Positions 26,697-35,085 of a stretch of 37,005 bases of DNA are shown here, one piece after another. Location of the stretch: contig REDG01000060.1 in assembly GCA_007693605.1 (NCBI GenBank), positions 1 to 37,005 of the forward strand. Reading direction: 5' to 3'. Position numbers and translations under genes: made by a program. The notes beneath the pieces are model-generated. The model did not search any database and was not told the DNA's origin. It saw nothing but the letters and a program-made list of their open reading frames with translations. The DNA is from Bradymonadales bacterium. Its GTDB lineage: Bacteria; Bdellovibrionota; UBA2394. The number at the start of each line of letters is the position of its first letter. The first letter of the stretch is position 1.

Positions 26697-27278
26697 AACA
26701 TCAAAGACGAGGAAGGGGCTCCAGGCCTTGTGAACGCGCCTGAGATTGAGAAGTCCAAGGCTTCCTGCCGGTCTTTTGGGAGGCTTTCGGAGAGGCATTC
26801 TCGCCTCTTGAGGCGTTCGATTCGCCTTCACTCGATTACAAGACACGCAGCTCGTGACAACATTCTCCCAGGTAGTCCTTCCGCCTCTAGATCGCGGAAC
26901 GACATGATCAAGATTGAGCTTGGTGCGAGGAAACTCACTCTGACAGTACTGGCAGGTGAATTGATCTCGGATAAAAATATGCGATCTTGAAAACCGAATG
27001 TTCTTTTGAGGCAGTTTGTCGAATTCCTTTAAGACAATTACTCGGGGAATGGCGAGCTCCCCCCTCACGGTCTTGACCCAGTGAAACTCATCCTTCTGGT
27101 CTTTTGGAGGAGATTCTTGAAGTTTGACCCAGTCAAAAACCTCATAATTGGGGTCCACTCCGGCTGCAGCCTCTAAAAACAAGAGGTTAACTGCGCGTTT
27201 GACAGTTGTGATATGAATCGGCAAGAAACAACGGTTCAGAACGAGAACTCGTTGATAAAGTTGGGCGTCACTCTCTAT
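26694..27278 (-). CDS. HNH endonuclease (McrA-like, HNH_5 type); 5' end uncertain
   Basis: RDQFTCQYC, LDHVVPRSRGG..TWENVVTSCVSCN..K. The family N-terminal motif RVLVLNRCFLP lies in frame upstream of the track's TTG at 27224, so the gene is extended to an in-frame ATA at 27278. Confidence 0.85.
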   Translation of the reverse strand: MESDAQLYQRVLVLNRCFLPIHITTVKRAVNLLFLEAAAGVDPNYEVFDWVKLQESPPKDQKDEFHWVKTVRGELAIPRVIVLKEFDKLPQKNIRFSRSHIFIRDQFTCQYCQSEFPRTKLNLDHVVPRSRGGRTTWENVVTSCVSCNRVKANRTPQEARMPLRKPPKRPAGSLGLLNLRRVHKAWSPFLVFDV

Positions 27279-28263
27279 GTGGAATAACGAACGGAAGAAA
27301 GACCTCCCTCTCCTTACTATTATTGTAGAGGAATTTGGAGAAAATACAAAGGGTCAAAGAATTGACCAATTTTTGGCATCCCGCAGCGATATGCCTTCTC
27401 GTTCCCAAATCAAGCGTTACTGTGAAGAGTCGCGAGTTTCACTGAACGGGCGTATTGCAAAAATTTCAGATCGAGTGATGCCAGGAGATCAGATTCTTGT
27501 GCGCTTACCACAGAGCCCCGAGATTTCTTTGGAGCCAAGAGCCGTAGACCTTAAAATTTTTCATGAAGACGAAGATTTGGTGGTTTTGTATAAACCTCGA
27601 TCTTTGAGCATGCATCCGGGGTCGTCGCGCTCAGATGAAACCACTCTGGTTCACGCCCTGTTGCATCACTTTCAGACGCTCTCTGATTTTGGGGGCCTTT
27701 TTCGTCCGGGCATTGTCCATCGCTTAGACAAAAACACTGAGGGAATTGTGGTGGTCGCTAAGAACAACTGGACTCATGAGAGGCTCGCTCAACAGTTTTC
27801 GGAGAGAAAAGTGATTCGCCGCTATTGGGCGCTTTGTTGGGGAAAGCCTCCGGAAGTGATGGAAATTGATTTGCCGATCGGTCGACATCGAGTCGATCGC
27901 AAAAAGATGGCCATCGATGCGCGGGGTCGAACGAGTCAAAGTGTTTTTCGCCGGCTGCAGTTTTTCAAAGAGGATTATTCTTGGATGGAGTGTCAGCTCA
28001 GAACAGGTCGAACTCATCAGATCCGAGTTCATGCTCAGGCTCGGGGCTTTCCTCTTCTCGCAGACCCGGTTTATGGATTGAAGTCTGCTGAGTTGAAGAG
28101 AAGGCTTGAAGGATTTGACTCTAAAAAGGAAGAGGCCTTAAGGGGCCTGGTGGGTCAGGCTCTTGTTGCTTTTGAATTGGGATTCACGCATCCTCGCACT
28201 CAAGATGAAATCTATTTTAGATCAGAGGCCCCTAGATGGCTCCAGATCTTGACCTCCGAATAG
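27277..28263 (+). CDS. rluD: RluA/RluD-family 23S rRNA pseudouridine synthase with S4 domain
   Basis: GQRIDQFL...SRSQI S4 domain, RPGIVHRLDKNTEG, TGRTHQIRVH, DPVYG. Followed by pgeF, the usual context. Confidence 0.92.
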   Translation: MWNNERKKDLPLLTIIVEEFGENTKGQRIDQFLASRSDMPSRSQIKRYCEESRVSLNGRIAKISDRVMPGDQILVRLPQSPEISLEPRAVDLKIFHEDEDLVVLYKPRSLSMHPGSSRSDETTLVHALLHHFQTLSDFGGLFRPGIVHRLDKNTEGIVVVAKNNWTHERLAQQFSERKVIRRYWALCWGKPPEVMEIDLPIGRHRVDRKKMAIDARGRTSQSVFRRLQFFKEDYSWMECQLRTGRTHQIRVHAQARGFPLLADPVYGLKSAELKRRLEGFDSKKEEALRGLVGQALVAFELGFTHPRTQDEIYFRSEAPRWLQILTSE

Positions 28264-28973
28264 ATCTACCCACAGGCTTTCAAGCCAACGGGGCATTTCT
28301 TCTTTCTGACGCCGGGCGCTTCAAGACACCGGGGGCCATCAAATGGAACGGACAGCCTCTTTCTCTTCTAGAGCAAGTGCACGAAGCAGAGGGCCTAGAG
28401 ATTACGGAGGATCTGGATCTGAGCCAACGGCCTCGCGCAGACTTTCAGTGGACTCGGCTTCGATCGGTTTTTCTGGGGATTTTTGTCGCAGATTGCACGG
28501 CAATTTTGATTCGAGCACAGAGCCCTGGTGGGCCGATTGTTTTGGCGATTCATGCGGGATGGCGAGGCACGGCAGCAGGAGTCATCGACAAGGCCCTCGA
28601 TCAAACGGGCTGTCGATCGGGTCAGGCTTGGCTCTCTCCCGGCATCTCTCAAGCTCAATATGAAGTGGGGGAAGATGTCCGTGAGGCTTTTCCCCCAGAG
28701 GCCCACTCCTTCTTTGAGCCATTGAGATCAACAAAGTTTCTCTTCGATCTCAAGGCCTATCAAGCTCAGCTGCTTCAGAAACGAGGTTTCGAGGTCTACT
28801 CGCATCCGCTCTGCACTTGGCAGCAGCCCGAGCTCTATTCTTATCGTCAATCTGGGGCTGAGCTTCAAAAGAGGCATCTCGCTTTGATTCATCTAGGGTC
28901 GGGAGACGGAAGTGCCAGACTAGCGAGCGGTGATCGATGCGGTACCGATCGAGGTGTTTGGCATGAGTTTTGA
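28236..28973 (+). CDS. pgeF: PgeF/YfiH (LACC1-like) family protein
   Basis: QVH, ADCTAIL, AIHAGWRG, YEVG, FDLK, CT, YSYR. The last 26 or so residues are encoded by repeat DNA. Confidence 0.88.
   Translation: MAPDLDLRIDLPTGFQANGAFLLSDAGRFKTPGAIKWNGQPLSLLEQVHEAEGLEITEDLDLSQRPRADFQWTRLRSVFLGIFVADCTAILIRAQSPGGPIVLAIHAGWRGTAAGVIDKALDQTGCRSGQAWLSPGISQAQYEVGEDVREAFPPEAHSFFEPLRSTKFLFDLKAYQAQLLQKRGFEVYSHPLCTWQQPELYSYRQSGAELQKRHLALIHLGSGDGSARLASGDRCGTDRGVWHEF
28894..28923 (+). repeat. 30-bp motif (inverted copy of 26667-26696), inside the 3' end of pgeF
   Basis: 28 of 30 identical to the reverse complement of 26667-26696. Confidence 0.93.
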
Positions 28974-29120
28974 GAGTAGCCGATGAGGCTCTTCGAGCGT
29001 CTGGGTCAGTAGACGAAGTAAAAGATCGTTGACGCGAGAAGGAGCGGGCCCTGGATGTTATCGAAGTTGTTTGACATTCTAGGCGGTCCCCAGCGGATGC
29101 TCTCAAAGCTCATGCTGGAC
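28956..29120 (+). repeat. long multi-branched hairpin element (possible structured RNA)
   Basis: 27-bp closing stem 28956-28982 / 29094-29120 with 21 Watson-Crick pairs, 5 G.U pairs and 1 mismatch on the + strand. Internal hairpins GCTC-TTC-GAGC, CGTCT...AGACG and CTGGATGTTA...TGACATTCTAG. Confidence 0.75.
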
Positions 29121-29150
29121 TCTAGGAGCCCGAATCAAACGAAAAGCAGA

Positions 29151-29192
29151 AACGAAGTCGCCGATGCAGGTGGGCCCTTAGCGCCACTCCCC
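29151..29192 (-). repeat. third, inverted and diverged copy of the 26233-26274 repeat
   Basis: Reverse complement GGGGAGTGGCGCTAAGGGCCCACCTGCATCGGCGACTTCGTT versus GGGGACTGTCGCTAAGGGCCCACCTGCTTCGGCGGCTGCGTC. Confidence 0.92.
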
Positions 29193-29202
29193 AAAAGTGG
29201 TG

Positions 29203-29763
29203 CTACTCCTCTGACCACAAACTAGGCCGCGGCAATGCTCGCTGGCTTCTGTGATTGGGCCGCAAATGTTCTTGAAAAAGAGTGACGGCTTCAGACCATC
29301 CGAAGAGGCCGAAAGAAAGAACATCGGAAGAGGCCACCAAAAATTTTGAACTGGCCATTTCTTGAGCGAAATCGGTCGAACTGTCCCGCTGCTCTTCGAA
29401 GAGCACTTGAAACCCCATGCCAATCAAGAGGGCGATCACCACGCCCTTCAGCGCCCCAAAGCTGAGGCCCATCCAGCGGTCAAGCGCTCCCAAGGGAGAC
29501 CATTGAACCCAGCGGTTGAGCCCCCAGCGAATCAAGCTGCTGCCCACGATGATTAAAAAGCAGGCCACTCCCCAAAGCACGAGCAAAGGCGACTTCTGAA
29601 ACCACAAAAGGCTTGATTGATGAAGACTGTTGGCCAAGGGGAAACTCAAAAAAATCAAGGCCGTTAAGCTCGCCAAAGAAACCAACTGCTGAAAAAAACC
29701 TTGCCAGAGACCGATCACCGCAAAGGAAATCACAAAAATTAGCAGTAGGAGATCGATGTACAT
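29203..29763 (-). CDS. cvpA: CvpA family membrane protein
   Basis: IDLLLL...GLWQGFFQQLVSL and LDRWMGLSFGALKG motifs. Confidence 0.85.
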   Translation of the reverse strand: MYIDLLLLIFVISFAVIGLWQGFFQQLVSLASLTALIFLSFPLANSLHQSSLLWFQKSPLLVLWGVACFLIIVGSSLIRWGLNRWVQWSPLGALDRWMGLSFGALKGVVIALLIGMGFQVLFEEQRDSSTDFAQEMASSKFLVASSDVLSFGLFGWSEAVTLFQEHLRPNHRSQRALPRPSLWSEE

Positions 29764-29781
29764 CCTTTTATCCTATTACAA

Positions 29782-30465
29782 GTGCGCTCTGACACCAAAG
29801 ATTTCTTAAAGACTCTTGAGCCCAAGCTGGCCTCGCAAAGCTTTAGTTGGCTGGGATTCTATTTTGTACTCGCGGTGATTCTGCATCTTTGTTTGCATTT
29901 CTTTCCGGAGTTTTTTCCGAATTGGCTAAAAGAGTCTGGCTTCCAGATTTTTCTTCTAGGAGCCCTCGCTCTTCTGTTTAAGCAGGGTTGGAGGCCCCAG
30001 CTTCAGTGCTCTGGAAAGTCGATTGCGATCTTTGTTGGGCTGGTTTTGCTCTACTTTGGTCTTCTTTGGCTGCTCGATTTTGGGGCCAAGCTTTCTGGCT
30101 ACACGGGGGTTGTTTCGATTGTTCGAGTGGGGCATCTCGAGTTGATTCTTTTGATCGTGGTGGCTCCTGTTCTAGAGGAGTTTTTCTTTCGAGATTACCT
30201 GTTTAGGGCCTTCGTTTGGCAAATGAATCGAATTCAAAGAGCAGCCTTCTTCTCAAGCGCCTTCTTTATGCTCGCTCACTTCTCTCTGCATCCTGGGGCC
30301 TTTGTTTTGGGTATCGTCAACTGCATTCTGTTCGCGAGCCTGAGGTCCGTTTGGCCGGCGGTCGCTTTTCACGCCCTCTCGAATCTGAGCCTCTTTTTCC
30401 TGCCGGCCTACTTTCCCCATTTGGCGGAGTTTGTGGTGGCGTTGCAGCAGCTACAGATTCAGTAG
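29782..30465 (+). CDS. CPBP (Abi/CAAX protease) family intramembrane metalloprotease
   Basis: APVLEEFFFR, FMLAH and AFHALSN motifs. Confidence 0.88.
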   Translation: MRSDTKDFLKTLEPKLASQSFSWLGFYFVLAVILHLCLHFFPEFFPNWLKESGFQIFLLGALALLFKQGWRPQLQCSGKSIAIFVGLVLLYFGLLWLLDFGAKLSGYTGVVSIVRVGHLELILLIVVAPVLEEFFFRDYLFRAFVWQMNRIQRAAFFSSAFFMLAHFSLHPGAFVLGIVNCILFASLRSVWPAVAFHALSNLSLFFLPAYFPHLAEFVVALQQLQIQ

Positions 30466-30523
30466 AAGAGGGCTTTCAGCTCCTCTGCTTGAGAAATCCA
30501 GAGGGATGGGCTAGAGGAGGGCG

Positions 30524-31489
30524 GTGCTTTCGCCTAGATGGTCAGGGCTTTTTTGCAGCCTTCTTTTGTTGGTTATTTGCGGTGCTTGGGCGCCCCCAAG
30601 TCAGGGGGGCTATCAACGGCCTAGTGAGTCGGCCGAGGAAGACTTTTGGCAGGCTTGGAATCAGTTTCGCGCCTCGTTGTCGTTTGACGACGACTTGGTG
30701 CAAGATCGAGCCGAGCGCTTAAGTCGAGCTTACTTTCATCCAGACTTTAGAGATCTTGAAGCCCAGGAGTTGGTCAGTTCTTTAACAGAACAACTCATTG
30801 AAAAAATGGACCAGAGCTTCGAGAGATTAAGGCCTGAGACCCAAGAGATGATCTTGAGTTTTCTTTTGGACGAGTTTGATCGCGTTTGGGAAGAGGTCGA
30901 AAGAACGGAATTTCGAGAGGCGACTCGAAAAAAGTTGGGAGAAGCGGGCTGGATGGCCGGCTCGACGATGGCGGGAGCCTACGGTGTTGTGGGAGGCGCC
31001 GCGATTGGCTATTTTACCATTCGGGCTCTTTTGAATGTGTTAGACCCGCTCTCTCGTCTGATTGGCAGGCTGGCCAATCGTTTCTTTCCTAATTTGGCGC
31101 GCATTCGGGATCGGCATCCGGCATCGAGTGATCAGACTTGTCAGGGGGCAGTGTCTGAAGTAGCCGAGAATCCGAACGCTCTACGAGCGCGCTTAGCGCG
31201 CTGGATGGGGCTGAAAAAGAGTCGACTTCAGTACTTGAGGCTCTCGCTCGCGCTGGCGGCTTTTGCCGGTCTCAACTATGCCGCATACAAAAGCTTGCAG
31301 TCAGTCGCCTATGAGCATTGGAACTGGTTTTTCTTCTTGGGAGACGACCCTCGTCCCTTGAAAGAGCACCGCGATTGGCATCGAAATGAAATCCTCTATC
31401 GAGAACGACTACGAGACTATCTCTCAGACTCTCTTGAAAATCTCCCTGAAAACGGACCTCAGGGCGAGAGCTCTCTCATCTTAGAGTAG
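30524..31489 (+). CDS. hypothetical exported, helical protein with internal hydrophobic segments
   Basis: Signal-peptide-like N-terminus, AGAGGAGG upstream, 321-aa ORF filling the gap. No family recognised. Confidence 0.65.
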   Translation: MLSPRWSGLFCSLLLLVICGAWAPPSQGGYQRPSESAEEDFWQAWNQFRASLSFDDDLVQDRAERLSRAYFHPDFRDLEAQELVSSLTEQLIEKMDQSFERLRPETQEMILSFLLDEFDRVWEEVERTEFREATRKKLGEAGWMAGSTMAGAYGVVGGAAIGYFTIRALLNVLDPLSRLIGRLANRFFPNLARIRDRHPASSDQTCQGAVSEVAENPNALRARLARWMGLKKSRLQYLRLSLALAAFAGLNYAAYKSLQSVAYEHWNWFFFLGDDPRPLKEHRDWHRNEILYRERLRDYLSDSLENLPENGPQGESSLILE

Positions 31490-32736
31490 GGCAGCTTGAG
31501 CTGCTCTTCTAAGCGCAGTAGCTGGTTATACTTTGCCGTTCGATCACTTCGAGACACAGAGCCGGTTTTGATTTGACCACAACCTGTTCCGACCGCGAGA
31601 TCGGCAATAAAGTGATCTTCGGTTTCTCCGCTTCGATGCGACACCATGCACTCGAAGCCATTCTGTTTTGCCATTCTCATCGCCTCTAGAGTTTCGGTTA
31701 AGCTGCCCACTTGATTCAACTTGATCAGAATGGCGTTGCCACACTTCTCTCGAATCCCTCGTTCAAGTCGCTCCGTTTGAGTGACAAACAGGTCATCGCC
31801 AACAAGCTGAAGTCTCGGAAAGCTACTAGTCAACCTCTTCCAAGCCTTCCAGTCGTCTTCGTAGAGTGCGTCTTCAATTGAAACAATCGGAAAATTTTGA
31901 ACCAACTCTCGATAAATTTCGATCATCTGCTCAGTCGTTTTGATTCCACCTCCGGATCGACTCAAATCATATTTGCCGTCTTTGTAAAATGAGCTTGCTG
32001 CGACATCCAAAGCCACTTGAACGCTGGCTCCATAGCCGCAGGCATCAATCGCCTGCTGAATGAACTTGAGAGCTTCTTCATGCGATCGGAGACGGGGAGC
32101 AAAGCCCCCTTCGTCCCCCACTGATGTTGAAAGCTCTTTGGACTTCAGAATCTTCTTCAACTGATGAAAGATCTCTGAACCCATTCTTAAAGCCTCGGCA
32201 AAGCTTTGAGCTTCGACTGGCGCGATCATAAACTCCTGAAAGTCTAGGTTGTTGTCGGCGTGAGCTCCGCCATTCACGATATTCATAAAGGGAATGGGCA
32301 TTTTCATTTCCGTCTCACCAAAAAGTGTCGACAGAACTTCGGCCAGAGACTTCTGCTGAATCAGGGCGCTCGCCCTCGCACAAGCCATCGAGACCGCCAG
32401 GCTAGAATTGGCGCCCAAGCGCTTTTTTTGTGGACTTGGGTCTAAACTGATGATTTTACGGTCGACCTCCTCTTGGTGGGTGGGGTCCATACCGATCACG
32501 GCCGGGGCAATCTCTTCAATAATGTTCTTCATGGCCCGCAGAACGCCCTTTCCGTGGAATCGTTGGGGGTCTTGGTCTCTCAGTTCCACCGCCTCGTGAA
32601 TGCCCGTAGAGGCCCCAGAAGGAACGGCGGCACGGGCAAATTGACCCGAATCGAGCCAAATTTCAGCTTCGACGGTGGGGAGTCCTCGACTGTCTAAGAT
32701 TTCGCGAGCTTTGAGACTTTTAATTCGATCAGGCAT
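31459..32736 (-). CDS. eno: enolase
   Basis: AREILDSRG.PTVE, VPSGASTG, NGGAHA, GDEGGFAP, VGDDLFVT, SHRSGETED, GQIKTG. Confidence 0.98.
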   Translation of the reverse strand: MPDRIKSLKAREILDSRGLPTVEAEIWLDSGQFARAAVPSGASTGIHEAVELRDQDPQRFHGKGVLRAMKNIIEEIAPAVIGMDPTHQEEVDRKIISLDPSPQKKRLGANSSLAVSMACARASALIQQKSLAEVLSTLFGETEMKMPIPFMNIVNGGAHADNNLDFQEFMIAPVEAQSFAEALRMGSEIFHQLKKILKSKELSTSVGDEGGFAPRLRSHEEALKFIQQAIDACGYGASVQVALDVAASSFYKDGKYDLSRSGGGIKTTEQMIEIYRELVQNFPIVSIEDALYEDDWKAWKRLTSSFPRLQLVGDDLFVTQTERLERGIREKCGNAILIKLNQVGSLTETLEAMRMAKQNGFECMVSHRSGETEDHFIADLAVGTGCGQIKTGSVSRSDRTAKYNQLLRLEEQLKLPYSKMRELSP

Positions 32737-32798
32737 AAGAGATATTTAGGCGATGAAAGGAGACGGGGGCAAGTAGCTTTCCCCAGAGTCTGAAACTC

Positions 32799-33293
32799 AT
32801 GAAGCAAAACGCCATCTATCCTGGTTCCTTTGACCCTCTGACCAACGGACATATCCACCTGGTCAGTCGGGCTCTTGAAATTTTTGAATCCCTGACTCTG
32901 GCGGTGGCTCAGAACTCAGGCAAGGCCAAGGTCTTTTCGCTGCCAGAGCGATTGGCCATGTTGGAGCGAGTGTTTCAAAAGGAGAGTCGGGTTTTCATCG
33001 AGAGCTTCGACGGTCTCTTGGTCGACTTCGTTCGCAAGAAAAGAGACTCAGTCGTTTTGAGAGGAATTCGAACAAATTTAGATTTTGAATATGAGCTGGC
33101 GTTGGCTCAGGCCAACCGACATTTAAGTCGAGATGTCGAGACCGTGTTCATGCTCACAGACCCCGAGTTCAGCTTTCTGTCTTCTTCGATGATTCGAGAG
33201 ATTGTGAGTTTAGGCGGAAGCACTCAGGGCATGTTACCGGACTTTATTGAAGAGGCCTTAAGAGAAAGATTGAAGAAAGGGGAGTCGTCTTGA
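32799..33293 (+). CDS. coaD: phosphopantetheine adenylyltransferase
   Basis: AIYPGSFDPLTNGH, LRGIR...DFEYE, FLSSSMIRE. Confidence 0.97.
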   Translation: MKQNAIYPGSFDPLTNGHIHLVSRALEIFESLTLAVAQNSGKAKVFSLPERLAMLERVFQKESRVFIESFDGLLVDFVRKKRDSVVLRGIRTNLDFEYELALAQANRHLSRDVETVFMLTDPEFSFLSSSMIREIVSLGGSTQGMLPDFIEEALRERLKKGESS

Positions 33294-34462
33294 GTTCACA
33301 TCAGCCCTGGGGAGCGAGTTCTTATTCTCGGTGTTTTGAGGAGTCTGCGACTTTGGGTTTGGCCGCCAAGGCCAAAAGTCTTCAGGCGGCGGGGCGCTCC
33401 ATCATCAATTTTTCAGTGGGCGAGCCGGATTTCAATACGCCGAGCGAGGTGATCTCGGCCGCCATGAAAGCCGCAGAGCGGGGGGAGACAAAGTACACGG
33501 CGGTGTCGGGCACGATGGCCGCGAGACAGGCCGTCGCGAATCGTTTGTCAGAGGATTATCAGTGCCCGTTTGAGGCTTCAGAGGTGATGCTCTCAACGGG
33601 GGGAAAGCAGGCGATCTTTCATGTGATGCAGGCGATTTTGGAGCCAGGGGACGAGGTCTTGTTGCCCAGCCCTTATTGGACATCTTTTCCTGAGATGCTG
33701 AAGATGCTGGGGGCGAAGCCTGTCATTCTGCCGCACCGAGAGGGGCGCTTAGAGGCGAGTGATCTTGCCGCTGCGATCAGTTCACGAACGAGAATGTTTA
33801 TTTTTAATAACCCCGCCAACCCCCACGGGGTTGTTTATCACCCCAAAGAGATTGAAAGCTTCTTGGATGTGATCGAAGAGCATCCGATCTGGCTCCTCAG
33901 TGACGACACTTACTATCAGCTGACCTACGAGCAAGATTTCGTCTCGGCGATCTCGCTTCGACCCTCATTCAAGCCGAGAACGGCCGTGATTGGCTCACTA
34001 AGTAAGTCTTATGCCATGACGGGCTGGCGTCTTGGCTGGGCGATTCTTCCGCCAGAGATTCATCGAGCGGCGGTGAAGATTCAAGGCCAGGTGACCAGTG
34101 GGCCCAACTCCATTTCTCAGGCTGCGGCGATCGAGGCCCTCGGCCCCTCCAACCACTGGGCGAAAGACTTTCGAGAGAGCTTTCGAGCTCGCCTGCAGTT
34201 CTTAAAGCAAGAGCTGAAGAGGGAGCTGCCCGAACTGGAGTATATGCCCCCTCAGGGCGCTTTTTACTGCTTTCTGAAGTTGGGAGGGGTTTTGAAGAAG
34301 GAGTCAGTTGCTGAGTTTTGTGCGAGAGCCCTAGAGGAATGGGGTGTTTGTTTGGTGCCCGGAGAGGCCTTTGGAGCGGAGGCCTTCGCTCGTCTCAGTT
34401 ATGCACTTTCAGAGGAGGAGATCGCAGAGGGAATCAAAAGGCTTCGACAGGCGCTTTCATGA
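33290..34462 (+). CDS. PLP-dependent class I/II aminotransferase (aspartate aminotransferase-like)
   Basis: VGEPDF.TP, TGGKQA, NNPANPHG, SDDTY, SLSKSYAMTGWRLG, RLSYA. Confidence 0.93.
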   Translation: MSSHQPWGASSYSRCFEESATLGLAAKAKSLQAAGRSIINFSVGEPDFNTPSEVISAAMKAAERGETKYTAVSGTMAARQAVANRLSEDYQCPFEASEVMLSTGGKQAIFHVMQAILEPGDEVLLPSPYWTSFPEMLKMLGAKPVILPHREGRLEASDLAAAISSRTRMFIFNNPANPHGVVYHPKEIESFLDVIEEHPIWLLSDDTYYQLTYEQDFVSAISLRPSFKPRTAVIGSLSKSYAMTGWRLGWAILPPEIHRAAVKIQGQVTSGPNSISQAAAIEALGPSNHWAKDFRESFRARLQFLKQELKRELPELEYMPPQGAFYCFLKLGGVLKKESVAEFCARALEEWGVCLVPGEAFGAEAFARLSYALSEEEIAEGIKRLRQALS

Positions 34463-34471
34463 TCTGTTCTG

Positions 34472-34498
34472 TTGACAAGCCATGGCTTTTGCGAGAAT
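34472..34498 (+). promoter_or_regulatory. candidate sigma70 promoter with a palindrome in the spacer
   Basis: TTGACA at 34472-34477, perfect palindrome AAGCCATGGCTT at 34477-34488, TGn-GAGAAT ending at 34498. The 15-bp spacer is shorter than canonical. Confidence 0.35.
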
Positions 34499-34508
34499 TG
34501 GAGTGGAA

Positions 34509-34781
34509 ATGTCTAGAGTATGTGAGTTAACAGGAAAACGGGGTTTGGTCGGTAATACCGTGTCAAATGCCAACAATAAGAGGCGAACCAAGTCTTTTGT
34601 CAATTTGACCGAGAAAAGCTATTTGGTGCCCGAAGCTAAGAGAAAGCTACGGGTTCGACTTTCAAATCGGGCGATTCGAACGGTCGACAAGCTTGGGGGT
34701 TTGTTGCCGGCGTGTAGGAAGTACGAAGAGAGTTTATCTCCTCGATTGAGCAAGCTTTTAAGGAGTGTAAAAAATGGCTAG
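34509..34781 (+). CDS. rpmB: 50S ribosomal protein L28
   Basis: [10 protein letters not shown]...[12 protein letters not shown]...NL; GGAG upstream of ATG 34509. Confidence 0.93.
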   Translation: MSRVCELTGKRGLVGNTVSNANNKRRTKSFVNLTEKSYLVPEAKRKLRVRLSNRAIRTVDKLGGLLPACRKYEESLSPRLSKLLRSVKNG

Positions 34782-35085
34782 AGATTTTTCTTCATCTCAG
34801 GACGACTCAAGAAGGTCGTCGAGAGATGGACAGCGCGGAGGTCGTGGGGGAAAGAAACCCAAGAGATCTTCTGGCGGCTTTCGAAAGCGAAGACCTCCGG
34901 CGAGTTTAAGGTTCGACTATAAGAATGTTCAGGACTTGATTCCTTTCATCACTGAAGAAGGAAAGATCATGCCTGGCAGAGTGTCTGGTTTAAATGCGAA
35001 TCAGCAGCGGCAACTCACCACCGCCATCAAGAGAGCAAGAAATATTGGATTTCTGAGTGCGGTTGGTCGAACAAGTATTCACTAA
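34774..35085 (+). CDS. rpsR: 30S ribosomal protein S18 (cysteine-free, basic N-terminal extension)
   Basis: [21 protein letters not shown]...[12 protein letters not shown]. Confidence 0.95.
   Translation: MARDFSSSQDDSRRSSRDGQRGGRGGKKPKRSSGGFRKRRPPASLRFDYKNVQDLIPFITEEGKIMPGRVSGLNANQQRQLTTAIKRARNIGFLSAVGRTSIH

Noticed and set aside
26694..27224. HNH protein as IscB/Cas9-like or a group I intron homing endonuclease
   Set aside because: Short, with no RuvC motifs or arginine-rich bridge helix, and no interrupted host gene. It matches the ordinary VLVLN...CxxC-HNH type.
28750..29106. 118-aa minus-strand ORF across the right-hand repeat
   Set aside because: Antisense to pgeF and running through hairpin DNA; low-complexity Arg/Ser/Ala composition.
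28956..29120. 6S RNA, SRP RNA or tmRNA
   Set aside because: Multi-branched interior rather than a rod with a central bubble, no SRP or tmRNA signatures seen, and it shares motifs with the local repeat family. An Rfam scan is still needed.
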